From assembly GCA_051362555.1 (NCBI GenBank), contig CM120641.1, forward strand, positions 21,700,001-21,764,000: a stretch of 64,000 nucleotides of DNA, in the 5' to 3' direction. The notes under the pieces were generated by a model. It searched no databases. It had not been told where the DNA came from and saw nothing but the letters and a program-made list of their open reading frames with translations. Source of the stretch: Lingula anatina. Its lineage: Eukaryota > Animalia > Brachiopoda. Below, in pieces: positions 1 through 14,000 of the stretch (its first letter is position 1; each line of letters begins with the position of its first letter). The position numbers and the translations under genes were made by a program.

Positions 1-1508
1 TTACAATAATTTGAAAATCATTCATTTCTATAATTATACATCTCCCTTGTCCACTTCGAATAACGACTTTCTTCTTATTTCTGTTGTCAAATGATTCGCA
101 AATTTCGCAAATTTATAATATTTTTTTGATTTCATCAATATGATAAATATTTCATGTGAACCCAATTCCCAATTACAAATATCCGATAAGAAATTATCCT
201 TTAAGTTGCTAAATAGAGGACTTTCTAACAAGAAATGTCTTTTGCATTCGACTTCCTCCCAATTTGTAACACTGACAAATTCTCTGATCCCTAGACTTAC
301 TATGTCTGCCTTTTTTTAATTTCAAGTTGATGATTTTAGTATCTAACTGATATACAATTAAAACTAGCTTTATCAAATACTGTAACATATGGCTCAATAA
401 TGAGATCATGCTTAAATAACTCATAGGGCCTATATATCTAGTTTCATATGGTTAGACATTTCGTCATACCACCCCTGGAAGTCATTGTCCATGCACATCT
501 GATGAAATTCCTTTACAAATGAACTTTCATCCCCTACTCTTTGATTTATCCAGGCTATTCCAAAACCATTCCCATATGAATGCTTTTTTACTAGTAATAC
601 CCAACATACTTTTATGGTGTGCTGGTTAATTCGTGGGTTTGGTGGTTAATATGGGCATTTGTGCTAAAAGATCTGTGGGTGGTATTAGAAAATGACAACT
701 ATCATTTATGAGGCCTGAGCAGGTAGCCAGTCATAGGACGAAATTCATGAGTTAGCACTGCTGTCTACAATTTCTGAGACAGTGATAATTACTGGATGTG
801 CTCAGTCATTAAAGCAAAGGCCTCAAAAAGTCTAAAATGATGACCAGCTTGTGCATCCACCGCAATGCGGGAGCTCTCAAAGATTTGTCTTAACTCTCCT
901 CTCCTCAACTCGCACACTCCTGCAAAGCCAACCAGTTTTCCCAACAACAGAGCGATGAATAAGGTAAGGTTCATTGCAGTGTCTACCACTAGGCTGCTGT
1001 GAAGTGAAACATCCACAAAAGAATACAAAAAAAAAAAAAAATAGACTTCTGCATATGTTGATTATTCAAAGAAAAGTACTGTTTACCGAAGGAAATATAT
1101 TATTAGTTTAATGCTGGGAAAACTTACACTGGGTCTCCCAGCAGAGTAATAAGCATATGTAGTAGGCATATATTTTCTCTGGCTGCAATTTGCCAATTTT
1201 TTTTTCATAAAATTCAGTAAAAATGTTTTTTTTAAATGTTTGTTTTGACCTTTCTTAGTTTGCCAAAACATCACTCGTGGTAGTTCCAGCTGATTTTATT
1301 CATGTGACAGCACAGGTCAGTTCCCTATGCAGTAGTCCAAAAGCGGCAGGCAATGAAAAAATGTAGAAATTGATACTCATGGGGTGCCATTTCTTGTAGT
1401 TTGCAAAAACAAACAAAGAGTGCTTTTTGATACAAATGTCTGCAGTCAATACCTCTGACTTGATTATATGATTAACTCACATCCGCGCTTTCATGTCTAC
1501 TTATGTTC

Positions 1509-1566
1509 TTTTGATTCACTAACATGCCATTTTAAAGTTTTTTGATTCACTAACATGCCATTTTAA
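1509..1566. repeat. Short tandem duplication (31-bp unit x2)
   Basis: TTTGATTCACTAACATGCCATTTTAA occurs twice, 31 bp apart. Confidence 0.85.
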
Positions 1567-1776
1567 TATGTACATGTAGGTAGTTAGACTTCCCATGTTT
1601 GGCTTATTTACTGCTTGATAATATGCATAAATTTCCATATTATGCAGGTACAGTATGGTAACACATATAGTGGCTATTTAATTTGTTTTCAGAAATATGT
1701 TGTTATACATGCAAATTGCTGATTTTATTGCCCCATTTGGTATATTTCAGGTATTTGACGGTCAATACGTATAGCA

Positions 1777-4005
1777 ATGAAGATGCACAGGTCATCCAGT
1801 TTCCCTAGCAATTCCACAGTTCATCACTGGATGAAAGCAATAAAAGCTCCAACCCCGTATCGCATAGGAGCCTCTGTGCATATAAAACCTAAAGTATTAA
1901 TAGCAGCTACCGTCATGGCATCCACTGTCATTGTGATAATTCTCTTCATGTTATTTCCAAGTCCACCACATCATTTATGTATGGATGAGCTAACTGGGGA
2001 AATAAAGACTCTCTACAACAGCACTTATCCATTATCAAAACCTATACGGACAGAAAAGGAGATTAAATTCCGTATTGCAATAATAGCAGACTTGGACACA
2101 GCTTCTAAGCATCGAAAAAAACAAAATACATGGATAAGTTTCTTACAAAAGGGATACCTGTCATTGTCTTTGGACCACAGCAGAGCAAGTGTCCAGTGGG
2201 ATGCTGATAAACTGACATTGAAATCTGGCCTGGCCCAGGGGGGGCGGGGCATGGAGCTCTCGGACCTAGTTGTGTTTAATGGCAAGTTATATACAGTAGA
2301 TGACCGGACAGGGGTCATATATGAGGTGTATGGAGAGGAGGTCGTGCCCTGGGTATTGCTCACAGATGGAAATGGAATGACAGCTAAAGGTAGAATTAAT
2401 ATGACATGTAATTGAGTTCAGTTTACATTCATAAAATATAAAGATATTAGAATGTAAAATGTTTTGATTAGATTACATGGATCACACCTTCCGTAGTCTA
2501 ACAATAAGCAATTGGCAGGCAATCACTTTCACATATAGGAACAAATTATATATTATCTATACACAATAATTGGCTTCATTTTGCATGATTTGATACTTAA
2601 AATGAATATTTTTTAAACTGATTATTCTTTCTTGAAGTTAAAAAATAAATGTAAGTATACTGCTTTTAGTTAAATAGTTGTAATGATAATTTAAGTTGTA
2701 AAAATTAAGTTTAGTTCAGTTCTTATTCTTATATACCACACTTCACATGCTTCTCTGTGTGGTTTACATTAGTTTTGGCCCTGATACAAACTGGGTGTAG
2801 ACATTCTCGCCTCCCTGGGGAGAATACAGCCCAGCTGCTGTATGAGGTGCTGAAATCTAGCATATGAACCATATCCTTCACTGTCTGACCAGGAACATAA
2901 CCTCTGCTTCAACCCTGAAGTGCTGAGTGCCAAGCAGGGAGACAGCAGGTGCTTTTTATGACTTGTGTTTTACCAGGACAGGTTGAACCCATAGTCCCAT
3001 TCTGAAGTGAACACTCTGGCCACAAGGTTAATGTTTGGTTGTCACCATTTAATTTTAAATACTTAGTAAAAACAAGGGAAGATCTTGATTCTTTTGCTGT
3101 ATTTTCTTCCAGGTTTCAAGTGCGAGTGGGCTACAGTGAAAGATGAATCTCTGTATGTTGGTGGTCTTGGCAAAGAGTGGACCACTATCACAGGGGAAGT
3201 GCAGAACCTCAACCCCCAGTGGGTAAAAAGCATTGGTTATAAGGGAGAAGTGAAGCACCTGGACTGGCATAAAAATTATAATGCAATGAGACGTAAGGCT
3301 AACATAGACTACCCAGGTATGATAATGTCTTGCTTTTAAATTGCCAAACTTTGAATAATAAAAACTAACAATATGCAGATGTATTTTATCTATTTTATAA
3401 ACTACGATGAGTTAAAAGGCATTTTACATTTTGTTTCAATGCTATACTTAGATGTATTTGCAATTTCATATTGATTGATTGGTAAAATGTATTTCACTTT
3501 TATTAAAATTTGGGTAAGTGCAAACTAAGTATGTATAATATATCCAAACTTATCCCACTTTTCACAAGCATTTGTTTTCTGTATTATACTTATCACCTTT
3601 AACAAAATTAATATTGTGCCAATTTTTCTTGCAGGTTACATGATCCATGAATCAGGAATGTGGAGTAATATACATAAAAAGTGGTTCTTTCTTCCTCGTC
3701 GTGCTAGTCATGAACGTTATGATGAAGTGGCTGATGAAAGCCGTGGTACAAATATTTTATTAATCTGTGATGAAGATTTTAAAAATATAGAACTGAGGCG
3801 AGTGGGTAAATTGAACCCTACCCATGGCTTCTCTTCATTTAAATTCATCCCCGGAACTGAAGATAGGCTTATAGTTGCCTTGAAATCTGAGGAAGTGAAA
3901 GGAAAAATAGCGTCTTACATAATGGTGTTTACAATTGATGGGGATATATTGTTAGATGAAACATTAATAGGGAATTTCAAATTTGAAGGTGTAGAGTTTA
4001 TATAA
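1777..4005 (+). CDS. CANT1: Soluble calcium-activated nucleotidase 1 (apyrase family), 3 coding exons
   Basis: Exons 1777-2389, 3113-3316, 3635-4005 join in frame at GT-AG introns (phase 1, 1). N-terminal TM anchor ([21 protein letters not shown]), then apyrase motifs [49 protein letters not shown] and C-terminal KFEGVEFI. Confidence 0.96.
2720..3027 (-). mobile_element. Degenerate tRNA-headed SINE (Deu/Nin-domain-like) in CANT1 intron
   Basis: Contains CCTCCCTGGGGAGAATACAGCC and GCTGAGTGCCAAGCAGGGAG blocks that I recognise from conserved invertebrate SINE central domains, and a degenerate B-box-like segment near 2980. Boundaries approximate. Confidence 0.55.
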
Positions 4006-6361
4006 TTTTTTAAATATCATTTTAAAAATATTGAAAAAAGTTTTATTACCTATATTACCTACAAATCCAAATTTTTATTGTAGACATTTGAGAAATTTGA
4101 ATTGTTTAGAAAGAAACTTACATCTACAAATATATCTATATGAATGTCATGTCATTCGTGAAGATATATTACAAAAATACAAAGATTATAGAGCAAGATA
4201 AATGGTTATGATAGTTTTTAAATAGAGAATAGGTTGCAGCAGTTTATTTCTTAAAGATTCCATAAGTAGCCAAAAAATTGAGGATTAACATGTCGTTAAG
4301 CAAGAGGTATCATATTTAACCTTACCTTTATCCTTCCAAGCTAATTTTATGAGCATGCCCAGAAGGCAAATTATATTCATCATTGCTGTTGGGTTAACAA
4401 AAATAAACCGGTAACACTTTTTGCACTTTTGAAAAGATTCCTCATTTATGAAAATTACTGTCAGTACACCGGTTTTATGAGAAACCTTTGAACTTGCAGC
4501 TGTGGTATACTGCAATTTCTGACACCTAATGTTAATTGAGAGTAGTGGTTCAGTTTTAAAGATTCCAGAAAATATTATTTAAAGATATATTTAGAGACTA
4601 CTGGACATTTAAGTTATATGGGTCAAGGGTAAAATGTGCTGTTAACTAATCGCTTTTTGTTAATATTGATCTTTAATAATGAATTGATTGAAAAATTGTT
4701 ACCCAGGATGGGTTTATAATGTACGCATTGCTGGTACAATGTGTTAAGATGTAAGTGAAATATGTATCTGGTGTAGCACAGGCTGTTATTTAACTCTATT
4801 TACAGATAAATTTAATTATTTTACAACTTCAAATGCAGACACGTATAATCTATTTAGTTAATATTGGTGGGTTGCATTGCCCTTTCTCCCCCCCCCCCCC
4901 CCTCCACCCCACCCAAGATTTTGAGGATGTCTGTTACCATGAGTTATTATGAAAGCAAAGATATAAGCATCTTATTTAAATCTTTTCCGAAGTCAGTGTT
5001 ATCCTGAAGTGTATAATACCGATGATTTTCTTTGTATTTTTAAATTATAGTTCTACTTGCATTTGACATGGTCACACAACAGGCAATATCTCTACAGTAT
5101 CTATGCATTATATTGTATTTTTATAAAAGGGAAAGTAAAATATTTTATCATGTAAATTAATTAAGAATTTGGTTATGAGAAACACATTTCCTCAACTTAA
5201 GAGCAAAACCATTCATTCAAAAATTTTTTTATTAAAATTTCTCAATTTCAGTCATGGAAATTGAATTTATATTTTGCAATGCGATATTATACAGCTTTAG
5301 ACTGATACCATATTGCTTTCAGTCTCAGTAAATCATAATAATTGTCACTCAATTCCGTTCAACAGTTACTGATTAAGCTTTATAAATGAACAGCGTAACT
5401 TCAGTGTTGTAGTCATTGTTGCATGAAGCAATACCACTGCTTCATTCTTAATGCTTTGCTGTCACTCCCACCACACGGGGAAATTTTTTCAAACCTTGGG
5501 TAGTTTGCACTTTTCCTCTCTTGCAAAATAAATTATCTCTCAAGCAAACACTGAATACTTCCAAGAAAAATATTCACACAAAACCTGCCCAAGTGCTGAA
5601 TTCTCAGTCTCAGCAGCAGAGAACACCAGACTAGCAGTATTTTAGAGTCATCAGGTAACTTCGATGATATGGACAAATGTTAGAATGAAAAACAATTCTA
5701 CATATTAAATAAGGAGCTATCTTTCATAAGCAAAGGAAATCTTTACTGCAATTTTTAAGGCATAGGCTCTAGCTGTTCAATGTCGTCTAATCACAATGAA
5801 AAGGAATAGAACCAATTGTTAACATTGTGCCATTTTTGACAGCCTTTAAATGTAAGAATTTCATAAGATACGCCTCAATGTGAGACGCTGACAAGCTTTT
5901 GCTGTCCACAAATCTTCATATCTTACTCCTCTAACATCTTGCCAGTTAAGCAAAAAATTAAACTATACAACTCGATCTGAAATTTGTAATAAGCCCAAAA
6001 TTAACCTGAAAGGATGTACTTGTGTATATACTTAAAGAAGTCCAAGAAATGCAACTAGCACCAATACCTAAAGAGTTTTGGGAATGGAATTCCATACAAC
6101 CTTTTTAATTTGATTTTGGCAAATTAACTGTCAGCGTAGAGGTAGTGACTGCTCTTTAAGAAAACACAGGGGATATTCCACACCAATTGTCAGCCAAGTC
6201 CTGTTTCTTTTTTCCTTATTATAAACCTATTCATACTGCTACTACAACAAAACTTCCTGGAAATAATTCCATCATTTAATCCTTGCGCACTGTTTCATTC
6301 AGTTAATTGGACTGAAGCAAGTTGTTGAGCTGAATTGCTTGGATACTTCTTTACAGTTCAT

Positions 6362-7675
6362 TTATTCTACAATCTTCAAGACTTTGCCAATTGCGATGGT
6401 TTTTCCTGAAATATTTAAAGAAGAAAACTTTTTTTTTCAGTAGCTGGAAGAACTACAGACATATGCAAAGTTCACGTTGTTTATATACTTGAGTTACAAT
6501 AGTCATTTACCTATTTTCTGATTAACACATTACATCAGTTTTTTATATCACCAACAGAGCCATCACAAATAAGTAGTAAGCTAGTATGGTTTGAACACCC
6601 TGATATCTACACAGGACTTCGCAAAAATTAGCACTTGTCAAATTAACAAAACAAAATAGTTTGCACAGTTAAATTCTGCAATCATTAGGAATGTTGACCA
6701 ATCACCCTTACCCTCATCTCTTAGGGTGAACCTTCCCATTGGTGCAAATTTCTTGAAGGGTTCCAAACAAATTACTCCTCCTGATACTTCTAGACGTGCT
6801 ATGCAGATCTGGTCCTGTTTCACAAATCTAGGCTTCATCTGGTTCTTTTCACCAGTCTTTTTGTCAATCAAACACATCAATACCTGTAAAAGGTTTAAAT
6901 ATATATGTGAATGTTCGGATCAAACAGAAGTTCATTTTTCACTTGTTTTTTCCGTTATTTTTTTTTGTCCAAATATCTTCAGTTTGAAATATATATATAT
7001 ATTTTTAATTACAGATATAACGAAATGGCTCATCAGTGGGAGTGTGTGTGTGTCTGTGCGCTCGCACTCACACAAACTGAAAATTATCCTCGACCCAAAT
7101 ACATGGCAATATGTAACTGGATGGAGATTTTAATATATCAAAGTAAAAAGTTTGGGGAATTAGTCAAATATTTGAAGCAAAATGACCTCACAATGGTTTT
7201 AATGTGAGATGTTTATCTATCAATAATACATTGTTATTTACAAACTTGTAAAAAAAAACCCTAAATGTATGTTATGAAAATTGTTGATAGTCTGATCCTA
7301 AAAAAATTAATGAAACCATATACATATATACTTCACATTATGATTAAAAGGTGTATCTCTGACGGCAGTGATATGTTTTATGACAATAGAATAATACATA
7401 TCACAGGTGTGCAAGAAAGATGCCCATCTTAATTATTTCTAGTAAATGGTGCAAATTAAGAGTGTCGTTTGAGTTGTTGTTGGTCACAAATTATTGCATC
7501 ACTGTGGGTGCAGTGCTTAATCTTTGTAAAGATCAGAATTTAGACACTAAAAGTATACCAACTGGAAATTGTTGCTTTGACTTACAACTTAGCAGAAGGT
7601 GAGTAGTGTGCAAGGGTGTGTTATACACAAGATGGACACATCCACAATTTAATAGTTGAGCAGCTTCACCTTTTG

Positions 7676-7715
<40 letters not shown>

Positions 7716-10700
7716 TCTTTATCCCTTGGTACTTATTACGATATATTACAACTTGTAATCAATTTCAATATACACCAGACCAAAAAAGTCTGGAAACATT
7801 GTTATTTTGAATTATTATAAAATAGCCATATGAGCTGGGTAAATATTATTACCAAATATAAATGGATAATGCACCCACCAGTTGATAATTTTTATGTACA
7901 CAATAGATTTTTCCACTTCAGAGCATATTTTTTTAATTATTGAGCAAAATTTTCACGTTTCCAAACTTTTTTGATCGAGTGTATTTCAGATATGTAAGCC
8001 AATCAAATGTAAAATGCACATAAATTGGAATCAAAATTACTTTCTGACTAGTGTATTTTAATAATGCCAAGTACGTAATTTAGAACTCACTTTGAATTCA
8101 ATCTCCTCTGCACAAGCATGAATGTGGGCAATTGCACTGTAGCCTGGGCAAATAATTGATTTATGTTCTAATATCACAACCTACAAAAATACAGAAATAC
8201 AAATTAAATTTAAGAAGAATAAAGACAAATCTACAAACATTTAATTTGATCATTACTCCTTGACAGTATCAGTATCCTTATTTCAAATTAAGAAAAATTC
8301 CATCTGAAATGTATTATGTATCAATATATTTTCATAGCCAAGCTATTTCGGATTTTGAAGACGATAAACTCCAAGTCATCAAAGACATTCTGATCATATT
8401 CGTCTTTGAGCCCCAACCCAACTCAACAAAACTGCCATTTGACCTCACTCTAGCAAATCCTTCATTCTTAATAACCTATTCTTCAGATTATTTCGATTTC
8501 TTGATTATTTTTCATGACAACCCTTAAATAATACACCATCTCACTTGTGCATCAAATCTTTTGCCTGTGTTACACAGATCCTCAGGTGAGCAAAGAACAA
8601 ATCCGGGAGACACGTCCTCTTCCTCCACTCCTTTAAGCTTCAGTTTGACATTTTCTCCTGGCAGAACACTTTCCACTTCCTCTTCATCTGACAGGATCAT
8701 CAACACATCAACACTGACCTGGTGATGAAGTGATTGAAATATATTCACTACAGTTTTGGATGAGACTACCATTTAGTAAAAAAAAAAGTTGAAAAATACA
8801 GTGTGGGGTCGGGGAGCATAGATCAATGGCATTTTTGGTTCCCATAAAGTCTGACATCCACTGATAGCCAGAAAAATCTCACCCCTGTTTAGTTTCACAC
8901 TCTCTACATCAATATAAACCGAGATGCTATGATTTTTAAGTTGGACTCACTCTTGCATGGTAAATTTACCAACGATATTAGTTTCCAATAAGCCTGCAGA
9001 AAATAAGAAATGTTTTCCATATTTCGCCCAACTCATTCTGGTTCTACATATATTACCCAATGGTTTAACAAAAAGAATTTTTCTACAAGAAAAAAGTGCA
9101 AAAACCTTCAAACTTAGAAAATGAGAACAAAAAGGCAATTCTTGTCAACGTATGTTCTCACCTTGTTTGGCATCAGGGTAAGTGTCTGGCCTTTTGCAAT
9201 GGTGCCAGATTCCAGTTTTCCTAAAACTACTGTTCCCATATCCTGAAAGAATACAGTGAGGACCCATCTTCAAGAGAATTTCATGAAACATTTAGTTATA
9301 GACTTTGCCTGCACAGCCAAGTAATATGACAATTCTTTATTTCATATGAAGTACTTTTTTAAACCAAGATGAGGGAAAATGGTTCAGTCTGACGTGCTGT
9401 TTCTTCACATAGAATACAGTTTTGTACTTCATCATTACCATCTCACTTTCTCCTCTACCTTTCTCACTGAGCAAAAAATGAGCTGCTTAAGTTTGTCTAA
9501 CACATTAAAATACTACAATAAAATGTTTTATTCTTAAAAAATACCTTGTATCTGTCCACAATTGGTAACCTCACAGGTCCATCAGCACTTCTATCCAAAT
9601 TGGGCATATTGTCTAAATATTCAATAAAAGTAGGACCCCTGAAAAAAATCCCATAAACATCATCAAACATGCACCAGCTATGTACAGAGATGAAATTGGT
9701 CTTTAAAAAAATCTTGCAGGGGAACGAGTGGAATTAACACGCCAATATCTGGATAAACTCAGAAGACTTTTCCCTTTCTGTATAGCCTTTCAGGCATTGT
9801 GGCAAATGTTGAACTGATATCATGCTACAACACTGGGCATGCTTGCCATTTTTCCTTGTTTGGGGAAAGTTTAACAATCACAGTTTTTAAATTTTACCAT
9901 ATTATATTTATTGCACAATGGTAAAAAAAACTTCATTGACAATGTCAACCTTACCTATACCACGGACATATTTTTTCATCTGCAGGTTCTTTAAGGAAGG
10001 CCCCAGTGTAGCCTGACGCAGGCATAAAAAACATTTCGGTTTTGGGATTGAAGCCACATTTCTTTAGATATGGAAGCAATTTATCTCTACATTCATTAAA
10101 CCTGCAAAGAAAAACAGTAATATTCAAAATACTTGCTACAAGGTAAATAAAGACATATGCACTCACTTTCTAACATTTTTAAAGAAAAATTTTTCTAAGG
10201 TACTTCATTCTTCACAATGGGATAAAGTTTTCCCCCCTCAACAAGTACTTTTCTTCATTTATGCTTTTTATTCAAGTACTCTTCTTCATTTATGCTTTTC
10301 ACCTAATTCAACAGTATTGATTATTTCACCAAACTCGAACATGTCAACATAAATTGTTTTATAATAGACAGTCAATAAATGCAGTTGTGCGGAGGTAGAA
10401 TCTGCAAAACTTGGGCTGCACATCATCTCTAAAAAGACCAAGGTTATTGCATATAAAGTCCAGCCAAGCCCACATATTAAGACAACTCCAAGAGACACCC
10501 TTGACATAGTGGAGGACTAGGGTCATGCACCATCGGCACTGAGCACGATGTCAGCACCAGAAAAAGGCAAGTGTGGACTGAAAAAAATATGGAAGTCACA
10601 GCTGTCCACTGGGCGCAAATCAGGCTATTTATGGCAGCAGTAGAATAAGTGTTACTATACAATTTGGAAGCTTGGACACTCACAAAGGCAATGGAAAAAT

Positions 10701-11035
10701 TGCTAAGGGGTGTATATACCAGGATGCCAAGAGTGTTTAAGAGGGTGTCTGCTGCACAGAAGACGACAAACTTTATGAGGAGCTGGTTCTCACATCAGAG
10801 AAGATCTGGGTTGGCTGACTGAAACTGGTGGGGCATCTACTGAGGCATGATGATGAACCTGCTTTTGGGTTTGTTACTGGGAGAGTCAACAGGGAGATTC
10901 AAGCATGGTCATCCAATGAGAACATGTGGATCAGCTGGAGGACGATTCAGGTCTACCAGCGACCAAACTTGCTTGCCTAGCCAATGATGGCCAGCACTGG
11001 GGCAGTGTAGTCGTGGGTCACCTACCATAGGTTGC

Positions 11036-11084
<49 letters not shown>

Positions 11085-14000
11085 TTTTCTAACTTTCCTT
11101 ACCTTGCCTCTGACCAATCTACTGTGTGGTCATCCATTTTGTTGATAAGGACTATTAAATGTTTGACTCCTGCTGTCTTGGCTAACATTGCATGCTCTCG
11201 TGTTTGACCACCTCTTTCAAATCCTGTCTCAAATTCTCCCTTCCTAGCTGAGATTACCTGAAACAAATAACTCTTAAGGTTATATTGTGATCAAAATGAG
11301 TACAAAATACTGTTGCAGTAGATTACAATCCAATTTTGAGAGTGATAAAAAAGTTTGTCACTAAATACTTTTTTGTTAAATTTTTGTGGATAGCAATATT
11401 CTTTTACTTCCAAACATGGACCTGCATATACAGATGGAAAAATAATGTAAATTTGATACCAGCATCTTCCTTTTCTGTGATGGAAACTTGACTTGTTATG
11501 ATTTCACTGTTATGATGGGAATGATAAAAATTACCAACCTACACATTTTATGATATTTGGAAAAAAAGCCCTCAGTTCTACCTTAGAACAGACATAAATT
11601 TTATTGGTAAACATTACAAAACACAATCAATTTCTGGCTTTATATCATCTCTGCTTGTCACCAGTGAAACATCTTTTCTTGTTCAACAGCAATGACCACT
11701 ACTTCTTTACTCCGTCTGATGAACACAAGACTTTATTTTACCAAAACTGCTAGATCAGCCTGTGATGCTCCACCAATCATGTTTGGCACAAAGCTTTTGT
11801 GTCCAGGGGCGTCTAGGATTGTGAAATGTTTCTTTTCCGTTTCAAAATATGCTCTGCCTACTTCCACCGTCTTGCCCTTTTCTCTTTCCTCTGAATTGGT
11901 GTCTAATGCCCACGATAAATACCTAAAACGAAAAACAAACTATACAGACCATGAATAATCACATATAAACTCTGGGGTAGCGCTAGCAATTTTTTTCGCT
12001 TAGCCATATCACCACATTTTTGTCAATTTGTTATCAAAATGGTTATAATTTGGCTAAAACATGTCAAATCTAGCCCTTTTGCTTTAGCCAATTTCAGTCA
12101 GTTTTAGCATTTGGCTAAATTGGCAAGTGTTAGCGCTACCCCAGAAACTTATGCGGTTGTTTTACAATGGCAAATAAACTTTCAATCAATTATTTTAACC
12201 TATACAGTAATAAGGAATACATATGACAGAAAATAAATTTCGTTATATTAAAAATTTGATTTATTCATCTATGATCATTTGCCAGCACTTAAATAGTGCA
12301 AGTGCACCCTACACTTCAATAGAAAGCCAGATTTTATACAGAAATTGCAAAACATTACCATGTTTCTCTGTTTTTTTCTTTAGCCTCCCTTTGATATTTT
12401 TCTAGCGTCCTACTGTCAACCATTCCAGTCAAAAACCTGAAATAAGGAGATTTCAAGATAATTGCAGCAAAACTTTTGATTGACATCATCAAAAGTTGTG
12501 AAGAGCTGGTCAAAAGTACGGATAAAATGTTTTTGCAGTGAGTCATCTTTTCCACAAAATTTTGCAGTACTAGTGAGCGAATATTCATAACAAAAATGTC
12601 ATCAAATAAGAAGCAAAAATAACATTTGATAGTAAATAAGACCCTTTGTGGTGAGTTTATTTGATCAACAGTTCAAATACTAAATTTCACACTTAAAAGC
12701 ATTTTTTTTCAAAGAACTGATTTATAATCAAAAGCTATATCAGGCTAAGGAAAAAGTCTATCCACTTGTGTCCAACAATGTCCTTGCATCTCAATAGACT
12801 AAACACTACTGGAACTACCAAATACACCCTTTTACAGTGACCGTATAGCCTTACATCATGTGACCACCAATTGTAGATTTGCCAGCATCTACATGTCCAA
12901 TAAAGATTACATTGACATGTTCTTTTTTAGGTTTGGGAGGGCCTTCAGTTGTGGATTTTTTCTTGGGTTTAGCTGCTTCTGCTAATTCATCGTCATCTTC
13001 ATCCTCTTCCCCTCCACCATCATCTTCATCTTCCAAATTGTCTTCTTTAGCAGCCCAGTCATCTGAGAATATGAAATAATATAATTTTTTAAAGATATTC
13101 ATATCAATTCATATCTCTAAAACAATTCTACATTAACATAATTCATTATAACATCACATTCATAACAGTAATCCTTGTTGTTTCAAGTTGGAATGTTTGC
13201 TATATCAACAATATATGCCAGCCAAATAACATACAAACAAAGGACCCTGCTCATGCTTCCAACTTGGCAAAAACTGTATCCGCCTTTCAAAGGGCTGGGC
13301 TGAGTAAGAAAACGGTAGCCAATGTTAAATATTCTAATTTAAGGAAAAAATTAGGTGTAACATCCTCAGCTTTACCCACCAATTTTATCAATGAATAGGT
13401 TGAAATTTTTATTGGGGTAAAATAATCTTTTTGGCTTAGAGACATACTCCATCCTGAGTGAATCCTGCATTGGTATGTCAAAGAATGAAGTCAAATGGAT
13501 TCAAAAAAGATGTCAACCAAATGTTTTGATTTACCCCTAACTACAATTATGTGGTTGTTTTACAAAAGAGGCAGCACACATGTTCTGAAAGGTTAATAAG
13601 CAGACAAGACAAAGGATCACCAGATATAACAGATTAGAAGTCTGGTTTTATCTGACATAAGACTTAGCCCAACAAAACCGTCATCTGGTTATGACACTTT
13701 TTACAAAACATTTAAACCAGTAGCATCTGGTCGCCTACAGAAGTTTAAATGCACATACCTGGTGGAGTTTCTTCTCTTTCATCCATTTGTCTTTCTTGTG
13801 ATATATTTTCTGTTTCGGTTTCAACTGTCAAAAAAAGGCAGTGTTTTAGGAAAGGTTATGCAATATTGGGAAAGTATATCTACATGTCAAAACATGGATT
13901 CTCACCATTTTCAATGCTCCTTTAAAAATGAAACATGCCCGTCTCAAATACTCCTGTATGTTTAATTAATATATATCCATTCCACAACACTGCAAAAACA

